Positions 9,501 to 17,643 of a DNA stretch of 45,851 bases are shown here, one piece after another. Source of the stretch: Ignavibacteriota bacterium (lineage in GTDB: Bacteria; Bacteroidota; Ignavibacteria; Tepidaquicellales; Tepidaquicellaceae); assembly GCA_003158365.1 (NCBI GenBank), contig PMIW01000054.1, positions 1 to 45,851 on the forward strand, given 5' to 3'. Positions within the stretch are counted from its first letter, which is position 1. Every line of letters begins with the position of its first letter. The position numbers were made by a program, and so were the translations under genes. A model generated the notes under the pieces. It searched no databases. It worked only from the letters and a program-made list of their open reading frames with translations, and was not told the origin of the DNA.

Positions 9501-10817
9501 TAATGCATTAAGTCTGCCTGAAGAATAGTTGTGGTCCCAGCTTACCTGGCCTGGGAAATAATCAGTCGTCGATACAAGAATTCCGCGGATTTCCTCGTTT
9601 GTTAAATTTTTATTTTTGGAAAGAAGTAATCCCGCAACTCCTGCACAAATTGGCGATGAGAAAGATGTTCCGTTTATATAAGCGTAGTCATTATTGAACT
9701 CACTACTTCCCTTCCCTACTATCGATGTAGTTAAAATCTGATATCCGGGTGCATATAAATCAACAGTCTCTCCATAAGCCGAAAATGAAGCTCTCCTGTC
9801 ATCCGCATCCGATGCCCCGACCGAAATCACTTCATCGAATGCCGAAGGGTAATGCAATACATCAGAGGCATCATTACCTGATGATGCAAACATAACAATA
9901 TTCTTCGAATATGCAAATTTGATTACATCGCGAAGAAGATAACTGTATACATAATCTCCAAAACTGAAATTTAGAACTTTCACGCTCCGTGAGACAGCAT
10001 ACAGTATTGCAGTTGCAACGTCATTATCATATCCAATTCCCTGTGAATCGAAAGCTTTCATTACAAGAATTTTACATCGCGGTGCTACGGATGCAATTCC
10101 TATTCCGTTGTTAAATCCCGCCGCAATTAATCCCGATACCGCAGTACCGTGTGAAAAGATATTATCGTCTGTTGCATCATTATTATTGCTTACAAAATTC
10201 CACCCTTTATAATCATCAACATATCCGTTTTGGTCATCATCTATTCCGTTATTCGGAATTTCTCCGTAATTAATTTTAAATGTTCCGTTCAAGTCAGGAT
10301 GAAGAAAATCAAGCCCGGAATCTATTATTCCAATTATTATTGTTGAATCACCGAGACTGATATCCCATTCCTGCTGAATGTTTGTTCTTGTTAAATAATA
10401 CTGCGCTGAAAAGTAAGGGTCATTTGGAATAATGCTGTTAAGCTGATATTTATTATTCCCCTGGGCATATTCAATATATTCATTTTTGAATATAAGGCTC
10501 AAAGCCTGATTTTTATTCTGGTATCCTAAATCAGCAATAAAGATATTTTCAAGATTATAATTTGATAAATCCTCTTTTTTAAAAGTGTTAAGTGCCCTTT
10601 GAAATATTTGCTTTGTATTTGTTATATTCAAATCCCTGCAAAGCCTTGCTATGCTTGTATTACCGGACTTTGCATTGTTGCCTGTGAAATTATTTATTAT
10701 TACGGACGGAGTGCCGGGTTTAAATTTAAATATTATTTTTTGTGACTGAGCATTTGCAAAATTTGCAGTAAAAAAAATAAGGAATAAAAAATAATATTTA
10801 AAAAGTTTTTTATTCAT
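6585..10817 (-). CDS. S8 subtilisin-family serine peptidase with seven FG-GAP/VCBS-type repeats, Ig/FN3-like domains and a C-terminal T9SS-type sorting domain
   Basis: The catalytic triad contexts are IGIIDSGLD, SHGTAVSGLIAAG and NGTSFSSPICAGVAGLL. The seven calcium-loop repeats are DINNSGKKDLF, NSNNKIDLL, DVNNNGKKEVL, DFDSDGRNEIVF, DFDGDGKKEFAF, NIDADSKDEILI and DFDGNGIKEIGL. The C-terminus is VYPNPHTK...TGVYIFRAEG...GKFMIVK. The start is placed at the internal ATG at 10817 (MNKKLFKYYFLFLIFFTANFANAQ signal). Confidence 0.85.
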   Translation of the reverse strand: MNKKLFKYYFLFLIFFTANFANAQSQKIIFKFKPGTPSVIINNFTGNNAKSGNTSIARLCRDLNITNTKQIFQRALNTFKKEDLSNYNLENIFIADLGYQNKNQALSLIFKNEYIEYAQGNNKYQLNSIIPNDPYFSAQYYLTRTNIQQEWDISLGDSTIIIGIIDSGLDFLHPDLNGTFKINYGEIPNNGIDDDQNGYVDDYKGWNFVSNNNDATDDNIFSHGTAVSGLIAAGFNNGIGIASVAPRCKILVMKAFDSQGIGYDNDVATAILYAVSRSVKVLNFSFGDYVYSYLLRDVIKFAYSKNIVMFASSGNDASDVLHYPSAFDEVISVGASDADDRRASFSAYGETVDLYAPGYQILTTSIVGKGSSEFNNDYAYINGTSFSSPICAGVAGLLLSKNKNLTNEEIRGILVSTTDYFPGQVSWDHNYSSGRLNALNAINNYNNPTVARIFYPFQDFSDTLSTIPIVISAASPLFHSYSIYYGIGENPFQFNPIITNRTSQILKDTACIWNLTGLPDTSYTLRLVINSNTGRTIEHRLIFYYDHNVSTITDYAFGEIIDRDYYSELITFSTRYKSIAKIYYKRRNVSEPFNFIYADGSSGNIGLISDLHYGLLKEKDLSPNTEYEFYIESQSLNGTTSIKQDTSFHFTTKPQINNYGFIKKSYALPFVQTCNSIFDINNSGKKDLFTNDINNNLKLNIYEYSNGVFNKIQNYVLPDFSIARDLTYLNSNNKIDLLTSTSRNGAVYEAANPNQFPAVKIWSDEGNENFWSVRFADVNNNGKKEVLGLGKNGLRILEYNGSTFGEITTLQYSTVSSQANSQNVLVEDFDSDGRNEIVFIDTYFPFANSVSQNLGINVYKNTSETGFAKVFTDTLERFLKGDNIIAGDFDGDGKKEFAFGTVSNSSDLIQYYSLYIYKFINNGYSIFDRIDIYNNEANAEVSTKAGNIDADSKDEILINAGKSFYIFKYNNTNQKFEPVFYLNNVNSVNQLVYDFDGNGIKEIGLNNVNDTMYFYEKDIAFTGPQTPLNYSAYSLDSNKVYLSFSSVVNADYFRVYRADDDSTANFVLYDSTLQNNYFDVNVINRKNYLYRITAVDTSLSVRESKPTNYISVFVHNKSKLVKVISEGNGFLTVTYSEKINILIPPPNSFVVSNAGSPKLVGVKNSFEYLLSYSSRLPNGDYNIKTNRLSDFYGSPVDSNSIAFTVNQADSVQFYIRSVSLADKYRLKVEFNLNTDTTTCRNQSNYTFEPFRFKVLSVEADNSSKNILYLNLSNISYIGASGKNYLLKAFNIYSSTGVKISEGAGASFGLIFNRENLNDVFVYPNPHTKNSKQDFITFANLTRTATIYIYDLTGRYLAKVDATGGNGGAEWNLKTNDGKDIPTGVYIFRAEGKDSNGNAVDDKTGKFMIVK

Positions 10818-12642
10818 AAATATCTTTATAAGGTACCTTTTCCACATTTTTCAATATCCAGTTGTCTTTATCAATAATTACATCCAGTATTTTTCCTTTT
10901 ATCGGCTGCTCGAACTGCTGTTTCTTTTTAAAGTTGAAAACAGTGAATTCTTTTTCACCCGCCTCGGTAACAACAGTGATTCTGACCGGCATTTTATATA
11001 CATCCCAGTCAGTCTGCTTTTGCACCAGATTTACACGCAATGTACTTATGCTGTCATTTTTATCTCCCATAAAACTATCAACCTTATATGAAACTTCATA
11101 TTCAGGTCTGCTGTTGCCTTTGTAAATCCACTGGTCAAAAAATACATTCATATCTTTTCCCGATACTTCCTCGCAGACTTTCTGGAAATCTTTTGTCCCT
11201 GCATTTTTATACTTAAACCTGTCATAGTATTTTCTTAATATCTCAAAAAATACGCTGTCACCGACACTCCCTCTCAGCATGTGCAGGCACCATGCCCCTT
11301 TTTGATAAACCGTAGAATTCATCAGAAATCCCTGCGGATTATATACGGTTCCGTCAAAAAATCCATAATCCTGATTCGCCATTAAATCCTTAAGGCTTTT
11401 TCCTGTTTTGTGTTCCTGCCATAACACTTCAAGATAAGTGGCAAAACCTTCATTAAGCCAGATATCCTTCCACGATTCAGGTGTTACTGCATCTCCGAAC
11501 CACTGGTGAGCAAGCTCGTGTGCAACAACTTCCTCTTTCCTCCTGTCCCCTGTAGCCATCGTATATCCCATGCTCGTAAGTGTCTGATGCTCCATCGCTC
11601 CGGAGAACCAGCCGAACATAGCCATTCCGTACTTTTCATTTATGAAAGGATATTCTCCCAGCATCTTCGAATAAAATCCAATCATTTCGGGGGTGTTCTC
11701 CCAGTCATATTTCGCCCTTTCGGTATATTTTGGAAATGAAAAATAATCGACAGGCATTCTTTTAGTACTGTCGAGTGAATAATAAACATCTTCCCATTCA
11801 TCGAATTTCGCAACTACCAGAGACACGAGATACGACGCAATAGGATACGAACTCTTCCAGCAATATACATTATTACCGCTTACATCTTTTTTTACTTCAC
11901 TCAATATACCGTTGGAAGCTCCGATATATCCATCGGGAACTGTAAGATTCATATTGCTTAAAAACTTATCAGTCAAAATATCCTTGCAGGGATACCAGGA
12001 AGATGAAAATGTCGGCTCACTTAAAGTATATATCACATTCTGTCCATCGATTTCTTTGAATGTAAAAGAATCAAATCCCGTATGGTACGGCTTACCGAAA
12101 TAACTTATGTTTAATGTAAAATAATCGTTCCTGAAAACCTTCCCTTTTGAATTTACGACTATGTAATTTTTGTATGTATCATTATCGATTTTTAAATCCT
12201 TTAGCGGGGGAAATTTCACTTCCCTAGAAAAGCTTACCTCAGCATCATTAAGCTTTACGTAATTTACTTTCATATTGCCGTAAAGATTTATATATATTTC
12301 ATTCAAGGTATCCGAAAGCGATTGCGCTGTCATCGTCACATTCCCAAAAACCATCTGCTCGTTATAATTAAAAGATAAGTTGATATCACTCGATGTTACG
12401 TCATATAGATTCTGCCATTGTATAATTCTCGGGTCCTCTTTTCTTTCCGGAAATCCTATTTTGCTTTCAAAATACTTCGAAATAAGATAGCTGCCGACTT
12501 TTTGTATCGTTTTCTTATTTACTCTCGCCGAAATTGTTTTTACCGTAAAAGAGCAGGAAATAATGATAAGTATATATACAAATAGCACGATTAAAAAAGG
12601 TGATGTTTTTTTCATAAATATTACAAACTTTGATTTATTCAT
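10810..12642 (-). CDS. M1-family zinc aminopeptidase (aminopeptidase N-like), membrane- or lipid-anchored
   Basis: It carries the GAMEHQT exopeptidase motif, HELAHQWFGD zinc motif and WLNEGFATYLE. The N-terminal hydrophobic segment ends in a possible lipobox (LIIISC). There is no T9SS domain. Its stop overlaps the S8 start by 8 nt. Confidence 0.85.
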   Translation of the reverse strand: MNKSKFVIFMKKTSPFLIVLFVYILIIISCSFTVKTISARVNKKTIQKVGSYLISKYFESKIGFPERKEDPRIIQWQNLYDVTSSDINLSFNYNEQMVFGNVTMTAQSLSDTLNEIYINLYGNMKVNYVKLNDAEVSFSREVKFPPLKDLKIDNDTYKNYIVVNSKGKVFRNDYFTLNISYFGKPYHTGFDSFTFKEIDGQNVIYTLSEPTFSSSWYPCKDILTDKFLSNMNLTVPDGYIGASNGILSEVKKDVSGNNVYCWKSSYPIASYLVSLVVAKFDEWEDVYYSLDSTKRMPVDYFSFPKYTERAKYDWENTPEMIGFYSKMLGEYPFINEKYGMAMFGWFSGAMEHQTLTSMGYTMATGDRRKEEVVAHELAHQWFGDAVTPESWKDIWLNEGFATYLEVLWQEHKTGKSLKDLMANQDYGFFDGTVYNPQGFLMNSTVYQKGAWCLHMLRGSVGDSVFFEILRKYYDRFKYKNAGTKDFQKVCEEVSGKDMNVFFDQWIYKGNSRPEYEVSYKVDSFMGDKNDSISTLRVNLVQKQTDWDVYKMPVRITVVTEAGEKEFTVFNFKKKQQFEQPIKGKILDVIIDKDNWILKNVEKVPYKDIYE

Positions 12643-12760
12643 ACAGCACTGTTTCGTCTGTAAAGATATATGTAAGGGACTTAAATTAAAATGGAATTTT
12701 ATTATTCGAAATTATTGAGTATGTTTAGCATAAATACTAACTAAATCACCAAATCTAAAT

Positions 12761-13450
12761 ATGAAAAAGCATAAATCGGTTATAATTCTACCAATCCTTT
12801 TAATGGTTTTTATCTTTTCCTCCTGTATCAGCATCGAAAGAGCCATTAAAATCAACGAAGACGGCTCCGGCAGCGAGGTTATGACAATATACTATTCAAA
12901 AGATTTTTTTGATTTTATGAAAAGTGCGGCAATGGCTTTTGACTCGGTGAAAGGAAATTCCATTATGGATTCACTTCTTAGCGAGGATTTATTCTCGAAT
13001 GAGCTGAAGGATAAATACAAAAAAATAGATGGTATCACATTAAAAGATATTAAATCGAAATATAATTCCGATTCTTCTATGACTATGAAAGTAAATTATA
13101 ATTTCGATAATGTAAAAAGATTGGAGCAATCCGGTCAAACGCTTAATAGTGATGAAGGCACATTCGGGAAAGGAAAAACGGAAATAATATATAAAAAAGA
13201 ATTGAATAAAATCCTGTTTAGCTATAAATATGAAATGGCAAGTGAAAGCGACACAAGCAATAGTATGCGAAACTCGATGTCAGCATTTTTTAAAGACCAG
13301 AAAATGAAATTTAATATTACATTTCCATATAAAATAAAAAGCTCCAACGCCACGAAAACAAACGGAAAAACCCTTACCTGGGAATTCGATATGGATAAAA
13401 TGATGTCGTCAGGCTCGGTAGTTGACCTCGAAGTGGAAATGAAGAAATAA
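12761..13450 (+). CDS. Hypothetical lipoprotein
   Basis: 229 aa. The signal with lipobox is MKKHKSVIILPILLMVFIFSSC. I recognise no family. Confidence 0.55.
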   Translation: MKKHKSVIILPILLMVFIFSSCISIERAIKINEDGSGSEVMTIYYSKDFFDFMKSAAMAFDSVKGNSIMDSLLSEDLFSNELKDKYKKIDGITLKDIKSKYNSDSSMTMKVNYNFDNVKRLEQSGQTLNSDEGTFGKGKTEIIYKKELNKILFSYKYEMASESDTSNSMRNSMSAFFKDQKMKFNITFPYKIKSSNATKTNGKTLTWEFDMDKMMSSGSVVDLEVEMKK

Positions 13451-13456
13451 ATAAAA

Positions 13457-15022
13457 TTAAAAAACCCTCTTCCCGTTCAAGTAAGTCTCAAGCACTTTCG
13501 TTTCTCTAATTTCTTTAGCAGAGACTGAGAATAAATCCCTGTCAACTACTATTAAATCTGCATATTTTCCCGGTTCAATACTTCCCCGCTCTTTTTCTTC
13601 GAAACTTACATATGCATTATTAATTGTATAAGCTTTCAGGCAATTTTCCAAATCAATCGCATATTCCTTGTTAAATCCATCAGGAAATCCGTTTGCTTCG
13701 CGAGTCATTGCACAATAAATAGTCGTGAAAGGATTTTCTTCCGCCACGGGAAAATCAGTTCCGAAATTAACTACCACTCCCGTATCCATTAATTTTTTAT
13801 AAACGTGAGTTGTGTTTGGATTGGCTAACGTCTGTGTAGCAACCTTTGCATCTACGTATAAATGTGCCGGCTGGACTGAAGTTATTATATTTAAATCTTT
13901 AAATCTTTTTAAATCGGCTTCCTTGATATGTTGTGCATGTTCGATTCTGAACCTGCGTTCTCTCCCGCCGTTTTTTCCGATTAGTTCTTCATTAAAATCG
14001 AGCAGTTCGCTCACTGCTTTATCCCCTATTGCATGCACTGCAAGCTGGTAGCCGGATTTATCTATTTCAAAAGCATACTTTGCAAAATCGCCGCTTTCAA
14101 CGAAATTTGTCCTGCTTCCCCTGTGATTTTTTCCTTTGTAATTTTCTTCGAAGAATGCCGATTCACTCGAAAGCGAGCCGTCGTAAAATTCCTTGAAAGC
14201 GTTAATTCTGAAAAGATATTTGTAATGTAGAAAATCTTTTTTATATTCTTCGACAAAGGGAAAATATTTAAATCTTAACATCGAATTAATTTTTACATCC
14301 AATTCATTTTTCCCGAGCAGGTATTTGTATATATCAAGTTCATCATCCCATGTAATATCCGTTACAGCGGCTATTCCCAGCGAATTCATCCTTGATATTT
14401 CTTTCTTTACGCAATCGGCTAATTGTTCAACCGATTTTTTTGGTACGCAATCGAGTGCAAAAAATCTTGCCCTCTCTTTTATCTCGCCTGTAAGATTTCC
14501 TTTTTCATCGCACATTATTTCTTCAGGTCCGAATTCGGAAATTTTATTCTGCATTCCGGATATTTCAATTGCCTTTGAATTTAAAAATGCAGAATGCAAA
14601 TCGAGGCGCGATAAAACCATAGGAACATCCGCGCAAATCGAATCAAGAAAATACCTGTCAATTTTAAAATCTTCCTTAAAATTTGTTTCGGAAAAATTTC
14701 CGCCGGCTATCCAGCCATTTCCTTTTAAATTTTTAATGTACTTGTTTATCTGCTGTTCGAAATCTCTTTTTTTCGAAGCATTGCAGAGATTTATTTCCGA
14801 GAAATTAACGAGTGAACCTTTTACCAGATGGCAATGACCCTCAGTAAATGCAGGCAGGACAAGCTTTCCGCTTAAATCAATAATATCATCATACTCTTTT
14901 TTATTTACATTATTTTCCGAACCGGCAAAAGTAATTTTCCCCGATGCATCATTGAATCCCATGCAGTCTGAAAAGTTATTTCCTGTTAGCCACGCTTTGC
15001 AATTTATAAAAAGAGTCTTCAT
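13457..15022 (-). CDS. Amidohydrolase-family metal-dependent hydrolase (YtcJ-like, Amidohydro_3 type), cytoplasmic
   Basis: 521 aa. The motifs are the H-x-H motif FTEGHCHL, HAIGDKAV, RIEHAQH and NFGTDFPV. No signal peptide is present. Confidence 0.75.
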   Translation of the reverse strand: MKTLFINCKAWLTGNNFSDCMGFNDASGKITFAGSENNVNKKEYDDIIDLSGKLVLPAFTEGHCHLVKGSLVNFSEINLCNASKKRDFEQQINKYIKNLKGNGWIAGGNFSETNFKEDFKIDRYFLDSICADVPMVLSRLDLHSAFLNSKAIEISGMQNKISEFGPEEIMCDEKGNLTGEIKERARFFALDCVPKKSVEQLADCVKKEISRMNSLGIAAVTDITWDDELDIYKYLLGKNELDVKINSMLRFKYFPFVEEYKKDFLHYKYLFRINAFKEFYDGSLSSESAFFEENYKGKNHRGSRTNFVESGDFAKYAFEIDKSGYQLAVHAIGDKAVSELLDFNEELIGKNGGRERRFRIEHAQHIKEADLKRFKDLNIITSVQPAHLYVDAKVATQTLANPNTTHVYKKLMDTGVVVNFGTDFPVAEENPFTTIYCAMTREANGFPDGFNKEYAIDLENCLKAYTINNAYVSFEEKERGSIEPGKYADLIVVDRDLFSVSAKEIRETKVLETYLNGKRVF

Positions 15023-15040
15023 ACCTCAATTAAAATAATT

Positions 15041-15078
15041 CAAATAAAAATCGTTCCCACGCGGGAGCATGGGAACGA
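15041..15078 (-). terminator. Rho-independent terminator of the first M14 gene
   Basis: Stem TCGTTCCCA/TGGGAACGA (15051-15059 and 15070-15078). On the minus strand it is followed by TTTTTATTTG. Confidence 0.65.
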
Positions 15079-15116
15079 GAAAAAATTAAAAACTATTATT
15101 TATTAATTACTAATTA

Positions 15117-17516
15117 CTATTTAATCAGTGTCATTTTCTTTGTATCGACAAAATTACCGCTTTCGATTCTGTAGAAGTACATACCGCTTGAAAGATTCGT
15201 TCCGTCGAAATCGACAGCATAGAATCCGGGAGTTTTGACTTCATTTAATAATACCTTCACTTCTCTTCCGAGAACATCAAAAACCGATATTCTGACAAAT
15301 CCTGTTTTTGCAATTGAATAATTAATCTGCGTTGAAGGATTGAAAGGATTCGGATAATTCTGTTCAAGAGAGTATTTATCGGGTACAGTATTATTGCTTA
15401 TAACACCTGTTGGCGCCGGCTGATAGCCTGTAACATTAATGTTATCAACATACCATCCGTCCCAGTTTGTATTTGCATCACAGGAATCTCTGAAACGAAT
15501 AAGCATATTTGTTGAACCTGCAACATATGATGTTATATTAAAACTTTGCAGCTTCCAGCTTGCAGAATCCAGTCCGTTAATTGTTGCAAGTCTTATCCAT
15601 GAAGTTCCGTTATTGCTTGATACATCTACAAATCCATAATCATATCCTGCTTCTAAAGCATATTTCTGATAGAAACTGAGATAAACAGCCGGATAGGATG
15701 ATACGTTTAATGGAACCGAAATCATCTGGTTTACTCCGTTATTTGTGCAAATTCCTTTGAAAGAATGTGTTGGAGAAAGATATTTAGTTGTTACTACTGA
15801 CCAGTTCGTCATTGTAGGCCAGTTTGTTATCCCGTTTTCTGCACTGTCGCGTAATATAGTATAACCTGAACCAACGAATATATTTAAATTCTGGTCGTAC
15901 ATTGTAATAGTATCGTTTTGAAGTATTCTTAACCTGACCGTAATAGCAGAATTATTAGGACATGCAGCACCGATTGTAAAATTAAATGTGGTGCTATCCG
16001 AGGTTCTTGACGTTAACGAAGCTTTTGTATAAATCTGCGTAGGAATACTTATATAACTTGAGGAAGAAACAGGAGTAAACATTACTTTGACGTTCTGAGC
16101 AGTGGCTAATCCTTTATTTCTGAATACAACCTTGCAATTTCCCGTTTCGTTTTGAACATAAGTTGTTTTATTAAATGTTGCACTCTTGTATCCGGCATAT
16201 GGTCCGGCAACTAAAGACATTAATTGGTTCTGGAAGAAACAAGTCTGAGCTTCTGCCGTAATATTTGCTGCATTTGACCAGAAACCGATTACACCGACTT
16301 CAGGAGAATAAACTATGACATGCTGCGTGTGTCCGGTGGAGTCATTGCTATAAACCCAGTCAGTACTTCCGCCACGTACATAATAACCAACAGTCTGATA
16401 AGGTGTTCCATACGTAAAATGATTATTTGCAACTATTTCTGCACCATATTCACTAAATATAGCATCGTCCGGAGTAGGTGTCGGGTCGCACCAAGCATAA
16501 GGTTTGATTAAATAATTACCGTATGTATGATAATCCATTTCGCATTTGAAGTTTCTTGAATTTTCAAAGTTCTTCCAGTTTATGATTTCTGGTTCCAGCA
16601 TTGGATAAGTTCCCCTGTATGTTCCCTGTCCGCCGCTGCAAGGGTCAGTACTCGAACCGCCGTTCGAAGAATTCCAGAAATTATATGTCCCGAAAGATCT
16701 GTTCAAATCTACATAACCGCATCCGGTAGTGGTCATGTGCCTGTTGGCTCTCCACATACCGCCGCCTGTCGGGTTTGTAGTCTGGTTATAATAATAACCA
16801 TCGACATTTATTATTGGTGTCCAGTATATCTCACGGTTATTTAAAATATATGTAGCAATCGGGTCAATATTATAATTTTCTACCAGCCAGTAAATGTAAT
16901 ATAAAACATTTTCCATTCCTCCCGGTTCACGTGCGTGTGTTACTCCGTTATACCATACTTCGGGTCTGCCGGTAGGAGCATCAGGATTCTTGGTAATTCT
17001 GACTGTCCACATTGCTCTGCCTTCATAAGTATTGCCCAATGAAAACTTTACAGACACGAGCGAAGGATATTGTGTCCTCAATGAATCAAGCTTTGCAATC
17101 ATTTCTTCCCATTTCAGATTTCCGCCCATTGTTCCTAAAATAGAATGATATACATTAAATTCATCTTTTGATTTCTTCATAATATCATTGTATTGTTTTG
17201 ATGATAATGGCGGGAAGCTGTTATAATACTGCATCCAGTCATCAACCGTTACCTGATATGGCACACCTGATTTTTGCAAATTAGAGATTTCCGTTTCCGA
17301 TAGCCACGTTTCAAAATATAATCCTTTTTTATGAATACCGCCTTCAAGAAATAATCCTGCATTCTGAATTTTGTTAAAATCGTTATCCGAGGTTGCAAAT
17401 ATTCTCACCTGAGAATATTTTTCATTTCCATTGTCATGTATCTGGGCAAATGAAATATTTACCAAAAAACACAGGACGACGAAAATAAATGTGTAAAAAT
17501 TTTTAGAATAGGACAT
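15117..17516 (-). CDS. M14-family zinc pro-carboxypeptidase with a C-terminal beta-sandwich region and T9SS sorting domain (paralog 1)
   Basis: 799 aa with a signal peptide and a ~90-aa N-terminal pro-domain-like segment. The M14 motifs are THAREPGG (H-x-x-E), WRANRH, DLNRSF and DYHTYGN. The C-terminus is LEQNYPNPFNPSTQINYSI...GMYFYRIESGNFVDTKKMTLIK. Confidence 0.85.
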   Translation of the reverse strand: MSYSKNFYTFIFVVLCFLVNISFAQIHDNGNEKYSQVRIFATSDNDFNKIQNAGLFLEGGIHKKGLYFETWLSETEISNLQKSGVPYQVTVDDWMQYYNSFPPLSSKQYNDIMKKSKDEFNVYHSILGTMGGNLKWEEMIAKLDSLRTQYPSLVSVKFSLGNTYEGRAMWTVRITKNPDAPTGRPEVWYNGVTHAREPGGMENVLYYIYWLVENYNIDPIATYILNNREIYWTPIINVDGYYYNQTTNPTGGGMWRANRHMTTTGCGYVDLNRSFGTYNFWNSSNGGSSTDPCSGGQGTYRGTYPMLEPEIINWKNFENSRNFKCEMDYHTYGNYLIKPYAWCDPTPTPDDAIFSEYGAEIVANNHFTYGTPYQTVGYYVRGGSTDWVYSNDSTGHTQHVIVYSPEVGVIGFWSNAANITAEAQTCFFQNQLMSLVAGPYAGYKSATFNKTTYVQNETGNCKVVFRNKGLATAQNVKVMFTPVSSSSYISIPTQIYTKASLTSRTSDSTTFNFTIGAACPNNSAITVRLRILQNDTITMYDQNLNIFVGSGYTILRDSAENGITNWPTMTNWSVVTTKYLSPTHSFKGICTNNGVNQMISVPLNVSSYPAVYLSFYQKYALEAGYDYGFVDVSSNNGTSWIRLATINGLDSASWKLQSFNITSYVAGSTNMLIRFRDSCDANTNWDGWYVDNINVTGYQPAPTGVISNNTVPDKYSLEQNYPNPFNPSTQINYSIAKTGFVRISVFDVLGREVKVLLNEVKTPGFYAVDFDGTNLSSGMYFYRIESGNFVDTKKMTLIK

Positions 17517-17585
17517 TGTTTTTTAATTTAAATTTAACCTGTAAATTTAAAGAAAAATAAATTTCAAATCAATTCTTTATTAAAT

Positions 17586-17626
17586 AAAAAACCTTTACTA
17601 AACATCGTTTAGTAAAGGTTTTTGTA
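17586..17626 (-). terminator. Rho-independent terminator of the second M14 gene
   Basis: A perfect 15-bp stem AAACCTTTACTAAAC/GTTTAGTAAAGGTTT. On the minus strand it is followed by TTTTTATTTA. Confidence 0.75.
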
Positions 17627-17643
17627 ACTGATTGTAACTGGGA

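Noticed and set aside
14325-14837. 170-aa + strand ORF (also 13812-14051, 14033-14230 and 14062-14256)
   Set aside because: These are embedded in or antisense to the well-supported amidohydrolase CDS. They are low-complexity and have no start context. Several of the other short track ORFs inside larger genes are the same kind of artefact (1144-1368, 2211-2531, 2480-2908, 2488-2766, 3756-4034, 7848-8096, 24585-24878, 39174-39488, 43071-43409).
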